Positions 35,152 through 45,764 are shown, numbered from the stretch's first letter. The stretch: DNA of 64,000 bases from Gammaproteobacteria bacterium (GCA_965247265.1 OZ252002.1:2108863-2172862), one strand, 5' to 3'. Notes: generated by a model from the sequence alone, not told the origin. Numbers and translations are program-made.

Positions 35152-37053
35152 TTGTCTAAAAACACTGACTCAAACAAAAATAATCAATTTCAACTCCTGA
35201 GAAAAAAGCGATTCAGGTCTTTTTTTCTTACACAATTTTTTGGCGCATTCAATGATAATGTATTTAAAAATTCACTATTCATTTTAATAGCTTTTAAAAG
35301 CATCTATTCAGGATCAGATGAATCCAATGCGATAATTAATTTAGCCGCTATTATGTTTATATTTCCGTTTTTTTTGTTCTCAGCAATAGCTGGACAAATT
35401 GCTGATCGATTCGAAAAATCGAAATTAATTAGACAAATAAAATTGGCAGAAATTGGCATTATGTTGCTCGCCGCAATTGGGTTTTACATTGACAATATCC
35501 CTCTACTGCTTGTCACATTATTTTTAATGGGTTTTCAATCTTCAATATTTGGCCCTATTAAATATTCGATTATCCCGCAGCACTTAAGGAAAGAAGAAAT
35601 TGTAGGTGGGAACGCTCTGGTTGAATCAGGAACATTTATTGCAATCTTGTTAGGCACAATGCTTGGTGGAATTCTAATTGGAATTTCGGATAATTCTAAG
35701 CTATTAGTACCCTTTGTGGTTTTAGCACTTTCTGTAGCAGGCTATATTAGTAGTTTGTCTATCCCAACAGCTCCGCCTATGGATCCACAATTAAAAGTTA
35801 AGTGGAATCCGCTCATTGAAACATTCAAAAATATAAAAACTTTAAAGAGTGACAGTACTGTTTTTCACTCTGCGCTGGGCATTTCATGGTTCTGGTTTCT
35901 TGGCGCAACGTATATCACTCAGTTACCAAACTTTACTCGATTATCACTGGGTGCAAACGAGCATGTCGTTACCTTTTTTCTAGCTTTATTTTGCATTGGC
36001 ATAGGAACTGGTTCTCTATTGTGTGAACGATTATCTAACCGCACGATAGAACTGGGCCTTGTGCCAATTGGATCAATTGGCTTAACAATATTTGGTGCGG
36101 ATGTATTTTTTGCATGCAATATCACTACCTCTTCAACCTTGGTGGGCATTCAAGAATTCATCCTCAATCAATCAAATTGGCGATTAATCATTGATATCTT
36201 TTTGCTTGGTATCTTTGGAGGTATTTATATTGTACCGCTATATGCATTGATTCAAACGCGATCAAATCCAAGTAGACGATCAAGAGTAATTGCAGGTAAT
36301 AACATTTTGAATGCAGTCTTTATAGTAGGCGCAGGTCTATATGCAATATTTTTATTAAGTGCAGGATTGACAATTCCTCAGCTATTTTTAGTTGCTGCAA
36401 TACTTAATGCTGTAGTTGCAATTTATATTTATTCGCTTATACCAGAATTTTTTATACGATTTATCGTATGGATATTGGTACATTTAATATACAGAGTTGA
36501 AAAATCTAACTTACAGAAAATACCTGACGAAGGCCCTGCCTTAATTGTTTCAAATCATGTAAGTTTAATGGATGCGCTCATAATAGGCGGATGCGCTCGC
36601 CGACCCATTCGATTTGTGATGAACTATAAAATTTTTAATATCCCTTTTTTGCGATTAATTTTCAAAACTGCAAATGCAATTCCTATTTCGTCAAAAAATG
36701 AAAATCCCGCTCTTCTTGATAAAGCATATAAACAAATTGCTAAAGAGCTAAATGCCGGAAATATTATTGGTATCTTTCCCGAAGGAAAACTAACGATAGA
36801 TGGGGAAATAGACACATTCAAGCTTGGTGTTGAACGCATTGTAAATGAATCACCAGTGACAGTTGTGCCTATCGCATTAGATGGACTGTGGGGCAGTTAT
36901 TTTAGCAATTGTGGCGGCAAACCGATGCAAGGTATACCAAGAAAAATTTGGCCGAAAATTAAGATGATTGTTGGTGATCCTCTAGATGCAAGTACAATTA
37001 CTGCGAATAATCTACAAAATATTGTAACGGATCTGATAAAAAATAAGGCCTGA
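35152..37053 (+). CDS. lysophospholipid transporter (MFS, LplT-like) fused to a PlsC-type acyltransferase
   Basis: N-terminal 'FFLTQFFGAFNDNVFKNSL' LplT signature; C-terminal 'NHVSLMD' HX4D and 'FPEG' acyltransferase motifs. Confidence 0.7.
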   Translation: MSKNTDSNKNNQFQLLRKKRFRSFFLTQFFGAFNDNVFKNSLFILIAFKSIYSGSDESNAIINLAAIMFIFPFFLFSAIAGQIADRFEKSKLIRQIKLAEIGIMLLAAIGFYIDNIPLLLVTLFLMGFQSSIFGPIKYSIIPQHLRKEEIVGGNALVESGTFIAILLGTMLGGILIGISDNSKLLVPFVVLALSVAGYISSLSIPTAPPMDPQLKVKWNPLIETFKNIKTLKSDSTVFHSALGISWFWFLGATYITQLPNFTRLSLGANEHVVTFFLALFCIGIGTGSLLCERLSNRTIELGLVPIGSIGLTIFGADVFFACNITTSSTLVGIQEFILNQSNWRLIIDIFLLGIFGGIYIVPLYALIQTRSNPSRRSRVIAGNNILNAVFIVGAGLYAIFLLSAGLTIPQLFLVAAILNAVVAIYIYSLIPEFFIRFIVWILVHLIYRVEKSNLQKIPDEGPALIVSNHVSLMDALIIGGCARRPIRFVMNYKIFNIPFLRLIFKTANAIPISSKNENPALLDKAYKQIAKELNAGNIIGIFPEGKLTIDGEIDTFKLGVERIVNESPVTVVPIALDGLWGSYFSNCGGKPMQGIPRKIWPKIKMIVGDPLDASTITANNLQNIVTDLIKNKA

Positions 37054-37068
37054 TAGCATGCGTTTGTG

Positions 37069-37338
37069 TTATTCAGTTGAGGACCGAATATATTTGCTCA
37101 AGTGATACGATGCAAGACATTGCTCATCATTTGATATCTTACTAGAAATACTTCTATAAACATTTACAAACTGTCTAGAGTTGATAATCTTGATTTCTGA
37201 ATTCCCTTGCTGCTTAACGTACCAGTTTGGAAATACAACTACGCCAAATATCGTAAATTTCTTATTCGAATTAACTTGTAGTGTATTTCTTAAAATATCA
37301 CATGACTTTTTTATGTCTTCAACTGGATCCCTATCCAT
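37069..37338 (-). CDS. hypothetical protein
   Basis: ORF only. Confidence 0.3.
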   Translation of the reverse strand: MDRDPVEDIKKSCDILRNTLQVNSNKKFTIFGVVVFPNWYVKQQGNSEIKIINSRQFVNVYRSISSKISNDEQCLASYHLSKYIRSSTE

Positions 37339-37481
37339 TGGGTATCCGTTTTACGTTAAGTTTTTATTTTTATAAACAATATTTGCTTCACCATTTTCAG
37401 GAGGAGGCAAATCAATAACGTCAATGATCATTATTCCAAAATTTGCACATACAGAATATTTGTATGTGCTTTCATGAATTT

Positions 37482-37850
37482 TTATATTTTGAACACTCGA
37501 GTATTGCTACCGTTAATAGCACTTTTTAAATAGTGCGAGATATGCTTCTCGCCTTTTTTCCCGTTACTTAAAAACCCAATCTCTTGATGAAACTGTCGTT
37601 GCTTTACAAATGCTATGACTAGAGATATGAAAAATAACCCAGATATGATAAAAGGCACTGGTGGAATTTCCTCAATCCACCGATACCATTCAAGCACGGT
37701 GAAAATAAATAGCATTCCACTTATTAAATAGTACGGTCGAAACTGATCGCTCAGCTTTAACTGTATTGTTTGATCAATTATTTGACTATCGGCGCTACTA
37801 TTTTGAAATTGCCCGACTTCATTTGTAGCAGCCATATTAGCTTTCGCCAT
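37482..37850 (-). CDS. membrane protein, function unknown
   Basis: two transmembrane segments. Confidence 0.35.
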   Translation of the reverse strand: MAKANMAATNEVGQFQNSSADSQIIDQTIQLKLSDQFRPYYLISGMLFIFTVLEWYRWIEEIPPVPFIISGLFFISLVIAFVKQRQFHQEIGFLSNGKKGEKHISHYLKSAINGSNTRVFKI

Positions 37851-38001
37851 GTTTCTAATCCCATATCAGAAAAACTATTGAAAATTATGTTATAAAACAG
37901 GTACTTATATTTTAAAACGCGATATGAGCCACACTTTTTCAGACCAAAGACCTGAAATTTTTATCGTTTTGAAATTTATTATATGTGCTCGATATTTGTA
38001 A

Positions 38002-38892
38002 TTACCGCATTACGGTCACTGATGAGCGATCAAAAATATCGGTATATTTTTTCATAAACTGTTCGGCTAATGACTCCGCTTCATTCAATTCAAAATAATC
38101 CATATTTGCTGCATGATGCTCTCGCCGATAACTCCCAAATGGCGGATTTTGTGCAACGGCTGTTGCAGCCCGCGCGTAAGCCTGCATTTTATTTTGCGCT
38201 ACGCCAATACCTTGAGAATATACTTCACTTAACGCAAATTGTGCAGGTATGTGCCCTTTTCGAGCTGCGTTCAGTAAGCGAATTTGAATTTCTGAGTTAA
38301 ACTCAAGATCTTCACTTGCTTTATTAAGCTCTTGCTTGAACCCGTTTGTAGCAACTAGTTTATTCCCTGAATTGACATTTGATTTTTTTGGATCGTTATT
38401 GCTGTTTTCAATTTCTTTATCTGCAATTTGTTGCTTTGTATGTTTATTATTACTCAAGTCCATCGCATAAATAAATACAGCTAACCCATAGTTTGCTTGT
38501 TTGCTTCCGAGCTCTGCCGCCTGTTGCATTAATCTATAAGAAGTTGCATAGGTCTCATCAAACTTTAATGGATATACCTGATTACCTTCAAATACTTGCC
38601 CATTATCTACTTCAAGATCACATCCAATACAAAAATAACAAACGCTGGTCTGATATATTCTACTTGCTGTATCGAACGAATCATCTGAAGTCTGATTTAC
38701 ATCGGCAACGCATTGTTCAATATTTTTTATATCAATAGATTGTGCAATTGAGGATAAAACCGCATCTCCGGACGTGGCTGCTAACAATGAGCCAACTAAT
38801 AAATTAATACCAATTAAGGTGATTAACGATTTTGAAAAGTAATTCTGTGTCGTTGCATAAAACATCTTCATAACGTATTCCCGAAATAGCAA
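38002..38892 (-). CDS. secreted Sel1-repeat protein
   Basis: signal peptide; 'AQFALSEVYSQGIGVAQNKMQAYAWARAA' Sel1-like repeats. Confidence 0.5.
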   Translation of the reverse strand: MLFREYVMKMFYATTQNYFSKSLITLIGINLLVGSLLAATSGDAVLSSIAQSIDIKNIEQCVADVNQTSDDSFDTASRIYQTSVCYFCIGCDLEVDNGQVFEGNQVYPLKFDETYATSYRLMQQAAELGSKQANYGLAVFIYAMDLSNNKHTKQQIADKEIENSNNDPKKSNVNSGNKLVATNGFKQELNKASEDLEFNSEIQIRLLNAARKGHIPAQFALSEVYSQGIGVAQNKMQAYARAATAVAQNPPFGSYRREHHAANMDYFELNEAESLAEQFMKKYTDIFDRSSVTVMR

Positions 38893-39089
38893 GCAACAGG
38901 ATACAAACTATATCAAGTACTATTTCACGCAACTTTTGTAATGATGATAAACGGATTGAAATTATCAACAAATGGTATAGAGCTAATACATAACACTCAA
39001 ATTTTCAATGCCTGATGAACAGTAATGAATACGCATCTAAGCTTAAGTGATAGAAAATACTGCGATTTTTAGTAAGCGATATTAATTAG

Positions 39090-39347
39090 TTATTGTTTCG
39101 CGGCGTTTTTCGCCTCTTGAATATTGGTATCACTGGCATCTTGTAAAATCGTATTCGCTTCTTCTTTATCAAACTCGTAAACAAGATTGTCTCTGTAATA
39201 ATCGACAACTTTATTCATTATCCGAATAATTTCGTAATCCTTAAGCTTATTGGTGTTCTTAATACCTTCCATATATTTCAACACTTTATGCTCAAGTGTG
39301 CTTTCGCCAAAATAACTCATGTGAAATCCAGATCCTTTAATATACAT
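39090..39347 (-). CDS. hypothetical protein
   Basis: ORF only. Confidence 0.3.
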   Translation of the reverse strand: MYIKGSGFHMSYFGESTLEHKVLKYMEGIKNTNKLKDYEIIRIMNKVVDYYRDNLVYEFDKEEANTILQDASDTNIQEAKNAAKQ

Positions 39348-39782
39348 AAAATAATAGTTTCTATGAGGCGGTTATGTGAATCTAAATTTAGCCAAACGCA
39401 TGATTAAGAGTGATAAAAGGACTTAGATACTCAATAACTATTGCAATTTACAAGAATTAGCTTTTATAAAACTGCCGTCAAATGTCTGCGAAGATTAAAA
39501 ACAAGACTTATAATTTGAACGAACAAATTTTCAGTGAACGAAGTATTTCTTCTTTTTTATCATAAACTTACATCATTTATTTTATCATTTTTAATTGTAT
39601 CCATACATATTTAAATCAACGAGATATATCTAAATCTTATGTTTTATACATATATGTACGGGTGGCTGCATACCCAGTTACTCTATATACTTAATACTGA
39701 ATAAACACTTAGTTTTGATAGAAAATTTGATAATAATAAGAAACGTACCCAGCCTTCAAATTTTATAAATATTGAGACTTAC

Positions 39783-40280
39783 ATGAATATTGTTAATGGA
39801 CAAGATGCATTCACAAACGATTCATCTAACGGTAATGAATCATACATTAACGCTGACATTATTACTCATATCGAAACGATTAATAGTATCGCGCGTAAAA
39901 AAACTACTGATTATTTAAGAAAGTATCAAGTCAACTATCAGCAATGGTGCATACTCAAGGCAATCCATCTTGAACTCGCAACCACGCCTGCCAAAGTCTC
40001 TGCATCTATTTTTACAGATTCGGGCACTATAAGCCGGCAACTTGAATTGCTTGAAGCCAAGGGACTTGTCAGCCGCGAGCACAGTAAAAAAGATCGAAGA
40101 GTCGTAAATTTAGCACTATCGCCAAAGGGTGAACACATTGCGAGTGATGGAATTAAATTTACTGATAAGCTTTTTGAATCCGTTCAAAATGAAATTGGAG
40201 ACATTAAAACTACTGAGTTGCTTGAAACATTAGAAAAAGCACTTAGAAGTTCTGCCTTTCAATTAGATAATGACCATTAG
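39783..40280 (+). CDS. MarR-family transcriptional regulator
   Basis: winged helix-turn-helix 'QQWCILKAIHL...LLEAKGLVSREHSKKDRRVVNLALSPKG'. Confidence 0.7.
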   Translation: MNIVNGQDAFTNDSSNGNESYINADIITHIETINSIARKKTTDYLRKYQVNYQQWCILKAIHLELATTPAKVSASIFTDSGTISRQLELLEAKGLVSREHSKKDRRVVNLALSPKGEHIASDGIKFTDKLFESVQNEIGDIKTTELLETLEKALRSSAFQLDNDH

Positions 40281-40938
40281 AAATCCTAACCACTAAAAAC
40301 AGACATATCCCATCAAGAATTGAAAAGCCCCCTATACAGGGGCTTTATTATGTAAGCGTATAAAACGCTTGGAGTTGGACTCGGTATAGTGATCTTTAAG
40401 TATTACTGATATTTATGTTGATACAAATAAATTGCAGTAGAAACCATAACTACTAATAATGCGATTACATCAAATAGAATAATTGTTTGAGTGGCTTCCA
40501 TTTTACTTCCCCACTTATTTACAAGTTAATACGGGCTCCCCGCAATTCAATATTTCCATTTAACGCATAAATATTTTTACTGCGTTCTGAGCTGTGCAAT
40601 CCAGTCGTATATCTCTAAGACTTGATCACGACTCAAAAAACAATCTTGCGCTTCGTCTGTTTGAAACGTTGGCTTAGAAGAAAATGACTGCAACTTTTCT
40701 TTGGCACGAAGCTTTAACAACCTAGTTGGATGATAAAGTCGTTGAATACTTTTAGCTGATAACATAAATACTCCTTAATTCAACTAAACTTACTTCATAT
40801 TGCCAGATGGTCCCCTGGCCTCACTGTTATAACTCATTGTATTGATGTGATATTAACTTTCTACACTCACTTTACCGAATGGCTTCTCAAATATGATTAA
40901 TGGCGCATAAGTCACGGATTTTACGTAAGTTTTTTGAA

Positions 40939-41409
40939 CTACGTCACACTTTTTACGTCATTTTTTAAAGATGAACTATTATCAATTGGTATTGCGTACG
41001 CCTGATGTATTATTTTCGGCCAACGAGAGTACCAAGCATTTTCCTGCTCAGGCTCTATTGTTACTACATACACGCGTTGCTCATATTTATAATGCGCAAT
41101 GAGCCCTTGCAAGCACTGCCCCTTTATTAAATCAAACCAATGATTCGTACCATCGTATGATTTTTCCATAAATGATTTAACTGGTACCTTTACTGGTTTT
41201 GGCAACCATCGATCCCATTGCCCTTTATATATGGTTTCTAATCTAGCCCAACCCCCTAATGGGAGCTTACCCTTTTGCTGTTTACGTCTCCCCCACGGCA
41301 CAAGTATTAAATTATTTGATTTTGTAATTACAGGAAGCGTTGCAATTGGATTATGAAAATACACACGTTGGTCATTATTCTCATAAGAATATAATATTGC
41401 ACTACTCAT
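40939..41409 (-). CDS. unknown protein translationally coupled to dinB (third gene of the SOS cassette)
   Basis: ATGA start/stop overlap at 41406-41409 (start at the internal Met of ORF 40939..41439); no recognisable domain. Confidence 0.4.
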   Translation of the reverse strand: MSSAILYSYENNDQRVYFHNPIATLPVITKSNNLILVPWGRRKQQKGKLPLGGWARLETIYKGQWDRWLPKPVKVPVKSFMEKSYDGTNHWFDLIKGQCLQGLIAHYKYEQRVYVVTIEPEQENAWYSRWPKIIHQAYAIPIDNSSSLKNDVKSVT

Positions 41410-42626
41410 ACTGTTTTGCGGTGCCCATCTGGCTTCCATGCAGGTGCAATAACATTTGGCATATCTGAACGATGCAATAAATTTGCAGGTGCCAGTGTGA
41501 ATTCACCGTAACGTTCGTTAATTTGATCCATTGCTGAATTAATTTGATCACGCTTTACATCCTGCTTGCTAAATAATGAAAATTGGTGGCTTTTATTTTT
41601 TGGATCTAGGGCAGTAATTTGCACCTGGAAACAACCTTGGCCTTGCCAATAATTACACAACAAACCATTTGCGAGTGCTTTGATTTTATAACTGTCATCT
41701 GTAGGCTCTTGCGTTTTTAATTTTTTAGCCAACCATCCTTGTTCGGTTAAAAAACCTATAAAGAAATATTGTGCTTCAAACCTGTGTTTGCGCAAGCGCG
41801 TGGCCACCTTTTCTGCCATATGGTGCAGATACGCTTTTAAAGTTTTTAGATCTTTTGTATTTGGTGGCATTACTTTGCCATGCCCAATCGATTTGGGTGC
41901 AGGAATAGTTTGTTGTAATGGTTCAGGGTCTAAACCTTGCGCCATATACCAGATTCGCCGACCGGGATTACCAAAGCGCCTGGCAAGCTCACCGATGGGC
42001 AACTTCTCCATATCACCACAAACATAAACACCTCGGTCTTCCAAATACTTGCCTATCCCTTTGGAAATGCCACATAATTCTGTTACAGAGATACCTTTTA
42101 AATAATCTCTAGATTCCCAGGGAGGTATGACAACCAAGCCATCGGGCTTGTCGCGCTTCGCGGCATGTTTAGCGGTAGTTTTATCACCGCTAATTCCAAC
42201 ACTGCAGGGCACTTCCCCTGTATCGTAAACGACATCTTTAACTAGCTTTCCAATATTCGCAGGATTGCCATAAATACCTTGGCAATGCGTAATATCAAGA
42301 AATGCCTCATCAACCGAAAAAACTTCAATATCAGGCGTAATGTTTTGTAACGCAGACATAATATTAGTAGAGGCCTCTGCGTAACGATAAGGTCTAGCCG
42401 GAACCTGGACGACCTCAGGACATAATTGCAAAGCTTGCTTGAGCCGTGTGCCTGTTTTAATTCCATATTGCCTTGCTTCGTAAGAGCACGTAATAAAACA
42501 AGTGCCTGTTAAGCCGTTTGTAATGCCGATAGGTCTACCACGTAATTCTGGATAATCATGCTGCTCAATACTGGCAAAGAATGCATCCATATCGATTAAC
42601 ACAATGGCGCGATCCCAACGTTTCAT
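41406..42626 (-). CDS. dinB: Y-family DNA polymerase (DinB/Pol IV-like) with intact catalytic residues
   Basis: 'LIDMDAFFASIE' and 'SVDEAFLDIT' catalytic Asp/Glu motifs; 406 aa; lies 3 bp after lexA. Confidence 0.8.
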   Translation of the reverse strand: MKRWDRAIVLIDMDAFFASIEQHDYPELRGRPIGITNGLTGTCFITCSYEARQYGIKTGTRLKQALQLCPEVVQVPARPYRYAEASTNIMSALQNITPDIEVFSVDEAFLDITHCQGIYGNPANIGKLVKDVVYDTGEVPCSVGISGDKTTAKHAAKRDKPDGLVVIPPWESRDYLKGISVTELCGISKGIGKYLEDRGVYVCGDMEKLPIGELARRFGNPGRRIWYMAQGLDPEPLQQTIPAPKSIGHGKVMPPNTKDLKTLKAYLHHMAEKVATRLRKHRFEAQYFFIGFLTEQGWLAKKLKTQEPTDDSYKIKALANGLLCNYWQGQGCFQVQITALDPKNKSHQFSLFSKQDVKRDQINSAMDQINERYGEFTLAPANLLHRSDMPNVIAPAWKPDGHRKTV

Positions 42627-42629
42627 TTC

Positions 42630-43220
42630 TCATGTATACATTCTCACTTGACCAACTAATACGCCTTGTATTGTGATGCGGTCAGCCGAATAATCTTTGG
42701 GTTGCATATTCCTATTCGCAGGAACCAAACGAATAATATCTTTGCTAAGAAATTTAATTCTCTTTAGTGTTGCTTCATGGTCATCAACAAGCGCGACAAC
42801 AATTTGGTTATTACGTGCAGTATTGGATTGTTCAATAATAACGAGATCCCCACTACGAATGCCTTCATCTATCATGGAATGGCCTTTAACTTGTAATACA
42901 TAGCGATTAGAACCACCTAACAAGTGTGCAAAACTAATAAGTTCACGATCCTCAATCGCCTCAATAGGTTTTCCTGCAGCAATGCGCCCAAGTAGAGGTA
43001 ATTCATCGTAATCAGGATGATCAACGAGCTCTATGCCACGGTGCCTTTGATGTCGCCGAATATATCCCTGCTCTTCCAGAACTGATAAATACCTATGAAC
43101 CACACCTTTAGACTGAATGCCCAAGCCCTCAGCAATCTCCGTCAGTAAAGGCGCCTTGCGGTATCTAAGGAGGTAATCCGCTATAAATCGCAGTGTGGTT
43201 TGTTCTCGCTCAGTTAGCAT
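42630..43220 (-). CDS. lexA: LexA repressor
   Basis: 'RIAAGKPIE' Ala-Gly self-cleavage site, 'GHSM' Ser and 'LKRI' Lys of the S24 peptidase domain, N-terminal helix-turn-helix. Confidence 0.85.
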   Translation of the reverse strand: MLTEREQTTLRFIADYLLRYRKAPLLTEIAEGLGIQSKGVVHRYLSVLEEQGYIRRHQRHRGIELVDHPDYDELPLLGRIAAGKPIEAIEDRELISFAHLLGGSNRYVLQVKGHSMIDEGIRSGDLVIIEQSNTARNNQIVVALVDDHEATLKRIKFLSKDIIRLVPANRNMQPKDYSADRITIQGVLVGQVRMYT

Positions 43221-43224
43221 ATAT

Positions 43225-43264
43225 GTTCTCTCTAAGTTCTCATAATAGAGAACTTAAAGAGAAC
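43225..43264. promoter_or_regulatory. candidate LexA operator array (GTTC/GAAC tetrads) in the lexA promoter
   Basis: GTTC at 43225 and 43237, GAAC at 43250 and 43261; includes GAAC-N7-GAAC and the palindrome AGTTCTC-N5-GAGAACT; no CTGT-N8-ACAG box present. Confidence 0.3.
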
Positions 43265-43326
43265 TTTCAACCTCTATGCCAACTAAATTGCTTGGATCCA
43301 ATTAAAATTAAAGCAGACATTAAAAC

Positions 43327-44379
43327 TTATCTATTTGGATACGCAAGAGGTGGTGCTCTTAATTTAGATTGTATACGTCTTCTTAATCCAAAGAATTTTT
43401 TATCAATCCAATTAAACCACACAAATTTGAGCTTAGCGCAAACTCTTAAATAGTGATATGTTGATCTTATATTTCCTCTATTAACTATTTCTTCCAAATC
43501 CGGCAAATTCATAAATTTAGTTGCTGAATACAAATTCGCATAAAGTTGTCGGTCAACATCATGCTTACGCGCAAGAGCTAACATCTCTTGCCAATCAACA
43601 CCATAGGAATACATGAGTTGTGTTCTGGCTAACTCATGTAACTGCCGAATCTCTATATATCCTCTTTTGTGAAGCCTATCAATGATACAACTATGTAAAA
43701 AACTATGAAAAATTCTGTATGTTGGCACTAAAACCTTAGCTTCAGCATTATTTGGCAATACTATATCAACACTCTTTTCCCATGCTAACTTAGTTGGGAA
43801 TATTTTTTGTTTTGAGTAGCGTACTAGATCACGATGCAATTCAACCATTGCACATTCACCATCTTTAATTAAGGGCGGATAGTGATGATGCATATAAATA
43901 AAATCCATATGTTCGCCAGTATACCTATAGCCATATTTAATTAAATTTTTGCTGACTCTTTCAATTTCATTTTCAGGTACTAAAATATCTAGATCTGATA
44001 ATAGACGATCACCATAATCTGCGAAAGTATCTAAAAATAAATGGGCTGCACCTTTCATCAAAAGAGGCTTCACGCCTAAACTATTAATCACTGAAATCGC
44101 ATCCATTAATTGTGATTTCATTAATAAATTGCGTTTGCAATTCAATAGGTTCATTTCTTTAATATAAGAAATGAAATCTTTTGGAATCTGATTAAGTAAC
44201 TTTTTATCGACTAATGTAGGATAAAGTGCCTGCACAATTGAGTGATTCCCAGCAATTTGTGCTACCAGCTCCCACTCAATATTTTCATTCTTCTTTAACA
44301 GATGAATTAAACCATCACGTGAAAAATATGGCGAAACTGTTCCAGCCACAAATTTATATGCTTCATAGTAACTCTGCAT
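43327..44379 (-). CDS. NTP_transf_5-type nucleotidyltransferase, the type found in lasso/RiPP kinase clusters
   Basis: 350 aa; 'GDRLLSDLDILVPENE' Pol-beta-like GS...DxD motif; directly downstream of the HPrK-like gene. Confidence 0.6.
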   Translation of the reverse strand: MQSYYEAYKFVAGTVSPYFSRDGLIHLLKKNENIEWELVAQIAGNHSIVQALYPTLVDKKLLNQIPKDFISYIKEMNLLNCKRNLLMKSQLMDAISVINSLGVKPLLMKGAAHLFLDTFADYGDRLLSDLDILVPENEIERVSKNLIKYGYRYTGEHMDFIYMHHHYPPLIKDGECAMVELHRDLVRYSKQKIFPTKLAWEKSVDIVLPNNAEAKVLVPTYRIFHSFLHSCIIDRLHKRGYIEIRQLHELARTQLMYSYGVDWQEMLALARKHDVDRQLYANLYSATKFMNLPDLEEIVNRGNIRSTYHYLRVCAKLKFVWFNWIDKKFFGLRRRIQSKLRAPPLAYPNR

Positions 44380-44422
44380 TACAACAACTCTGTAACTAGA
44401 TCTGCTGCGCTTTTAAGATCAT

Positions 44423-45566
44423 TTATCTGCAATTCAAATGCAGGAATGTCGGGATCCACGCAATTAACTCAGTGACCGTATTTGTGTTTAATGTCTGACC
44501 TGTGTAATAGCCTGCTTTTGTCAAACGCACTAAAGCCTCAGCAGATGATATTTTCTCGATGTGCGTATCAAATTCTTGTGAGTAAACAGGAAACACAATA
44601 GCTTTGACAGGTTCACCATATTTAATTGATTATTATTGGGTAAATTGCAAGGTTGTATATATTTAACAACCTTATCATCCTGCCTCAAATGAATAGGCAT
44701 ATCGGTGATACTTGGTAAGAATTCTTCAATGACATCCCAACTTCCTTCTTTAAGACCGATAACGCCTGGTGCTGGACGAATTTTTTTATCGTGCGTCAGA
44801 ATTGATACTTCGTCTGTAAATACTTTTTTCCTAAGCACATCAGCGCTGCCACTAATGTAGATTTTCCACTACCTGGACTTCCACTTAAAAGCACAACACC
44901 ATTATCATCTGAAATTGCGCCGGCATGAAATACTGAAAGATTATCAGCCTCTTGGTAACCTGTGATTAAAATAAACGCATTGGTAATTGGAGCTATTTCA
45001 TTCAGAGAATCACATGTAGCGAGCACTTTACCCAATTTAATAAATTCAAAACGATTTCCAACTTCAAGTATAGTAATATTATGCATTCGTGAAGAGCTAT
45101 CTGTCTCTTTCAAATGAGAAACTATCGGAGTTACAACCTTTAGGATAGACACACTTGATGCATTAATACAAAATGTTGAATCCAAGTATTGAAAAGTTCC
45201 ACAGTGAAATGAATGAATTTTATCTACATTTAATTTTGACTTATTTTTTAGATTAAATAATTTTTCATCATCAGCTAAATTATTTGCAATTTTTTTATCA
45301 CCAATAAATCCTAAATTAAGCCACTCTTCAAATATCAGCGACACATCAGATATAATCTCTTCTTTTAACAAACCATATTTTTTAGATATACATTTTGTTA
45401 TCTCATCAATTGATAGTTCTTGCTCATGCAGATTCCAAATCTCTGAAGCTGTTTGATTCAGTAATGCCAGTTCCTTCGAATAATCGTCAAACAGAATCAG
45501 CTCATTTTCGATTGAGAATGATCTGATTGCCCTATTTTGATGTGGGTATGTAGGCAAACAATCCAT
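44423..45566 (-). pseudogene. PqqD-like RRE fused to an HPr-kinase-C-like (lasso-peptide kinase-like) domain, with at least 2 frameshifts
   Basis: N-terminal 'ELILFDDYSKELALLNQTASEIWNL' (PqqD/RRE); P-loop 'LLSGSPGSGKSTL' (HPrK C-terminal domain). Reading frame changes near 44800-44840 and 44530-44600 and continues to the TAA at 44423. Confidence 0.6.
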
Positions 45567-45642
45567 TTGAGTAAGCTTTATGATAGTCCGTTATTAAACG
45601 GTAAAGATCATAGCAAATGGAATATAGAAAATAAGAGAATGA

Positions 45643-45668
45643 GTGCACGATATGAGTATCGTGTACAT
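45643..45668 (-). terminator. hairpin between the small peptide genes and the RRE-kinase gene (candidate attenuator/terminator)
   Basis: TGCACGATA-tgag-TATCGTGTA inverted repeat followed by a T-rich tract on the minus strand. Confidence 0.35.
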
Positions 45669-45764
45669 ATTGAACACATGTAAATATTTCAATTCAGAAT
45701 ATCAAGCTGAAACGCTGTCCTGTCATTGCAGCAAATTAAATAAATATTAACTATTTAAAATTAG

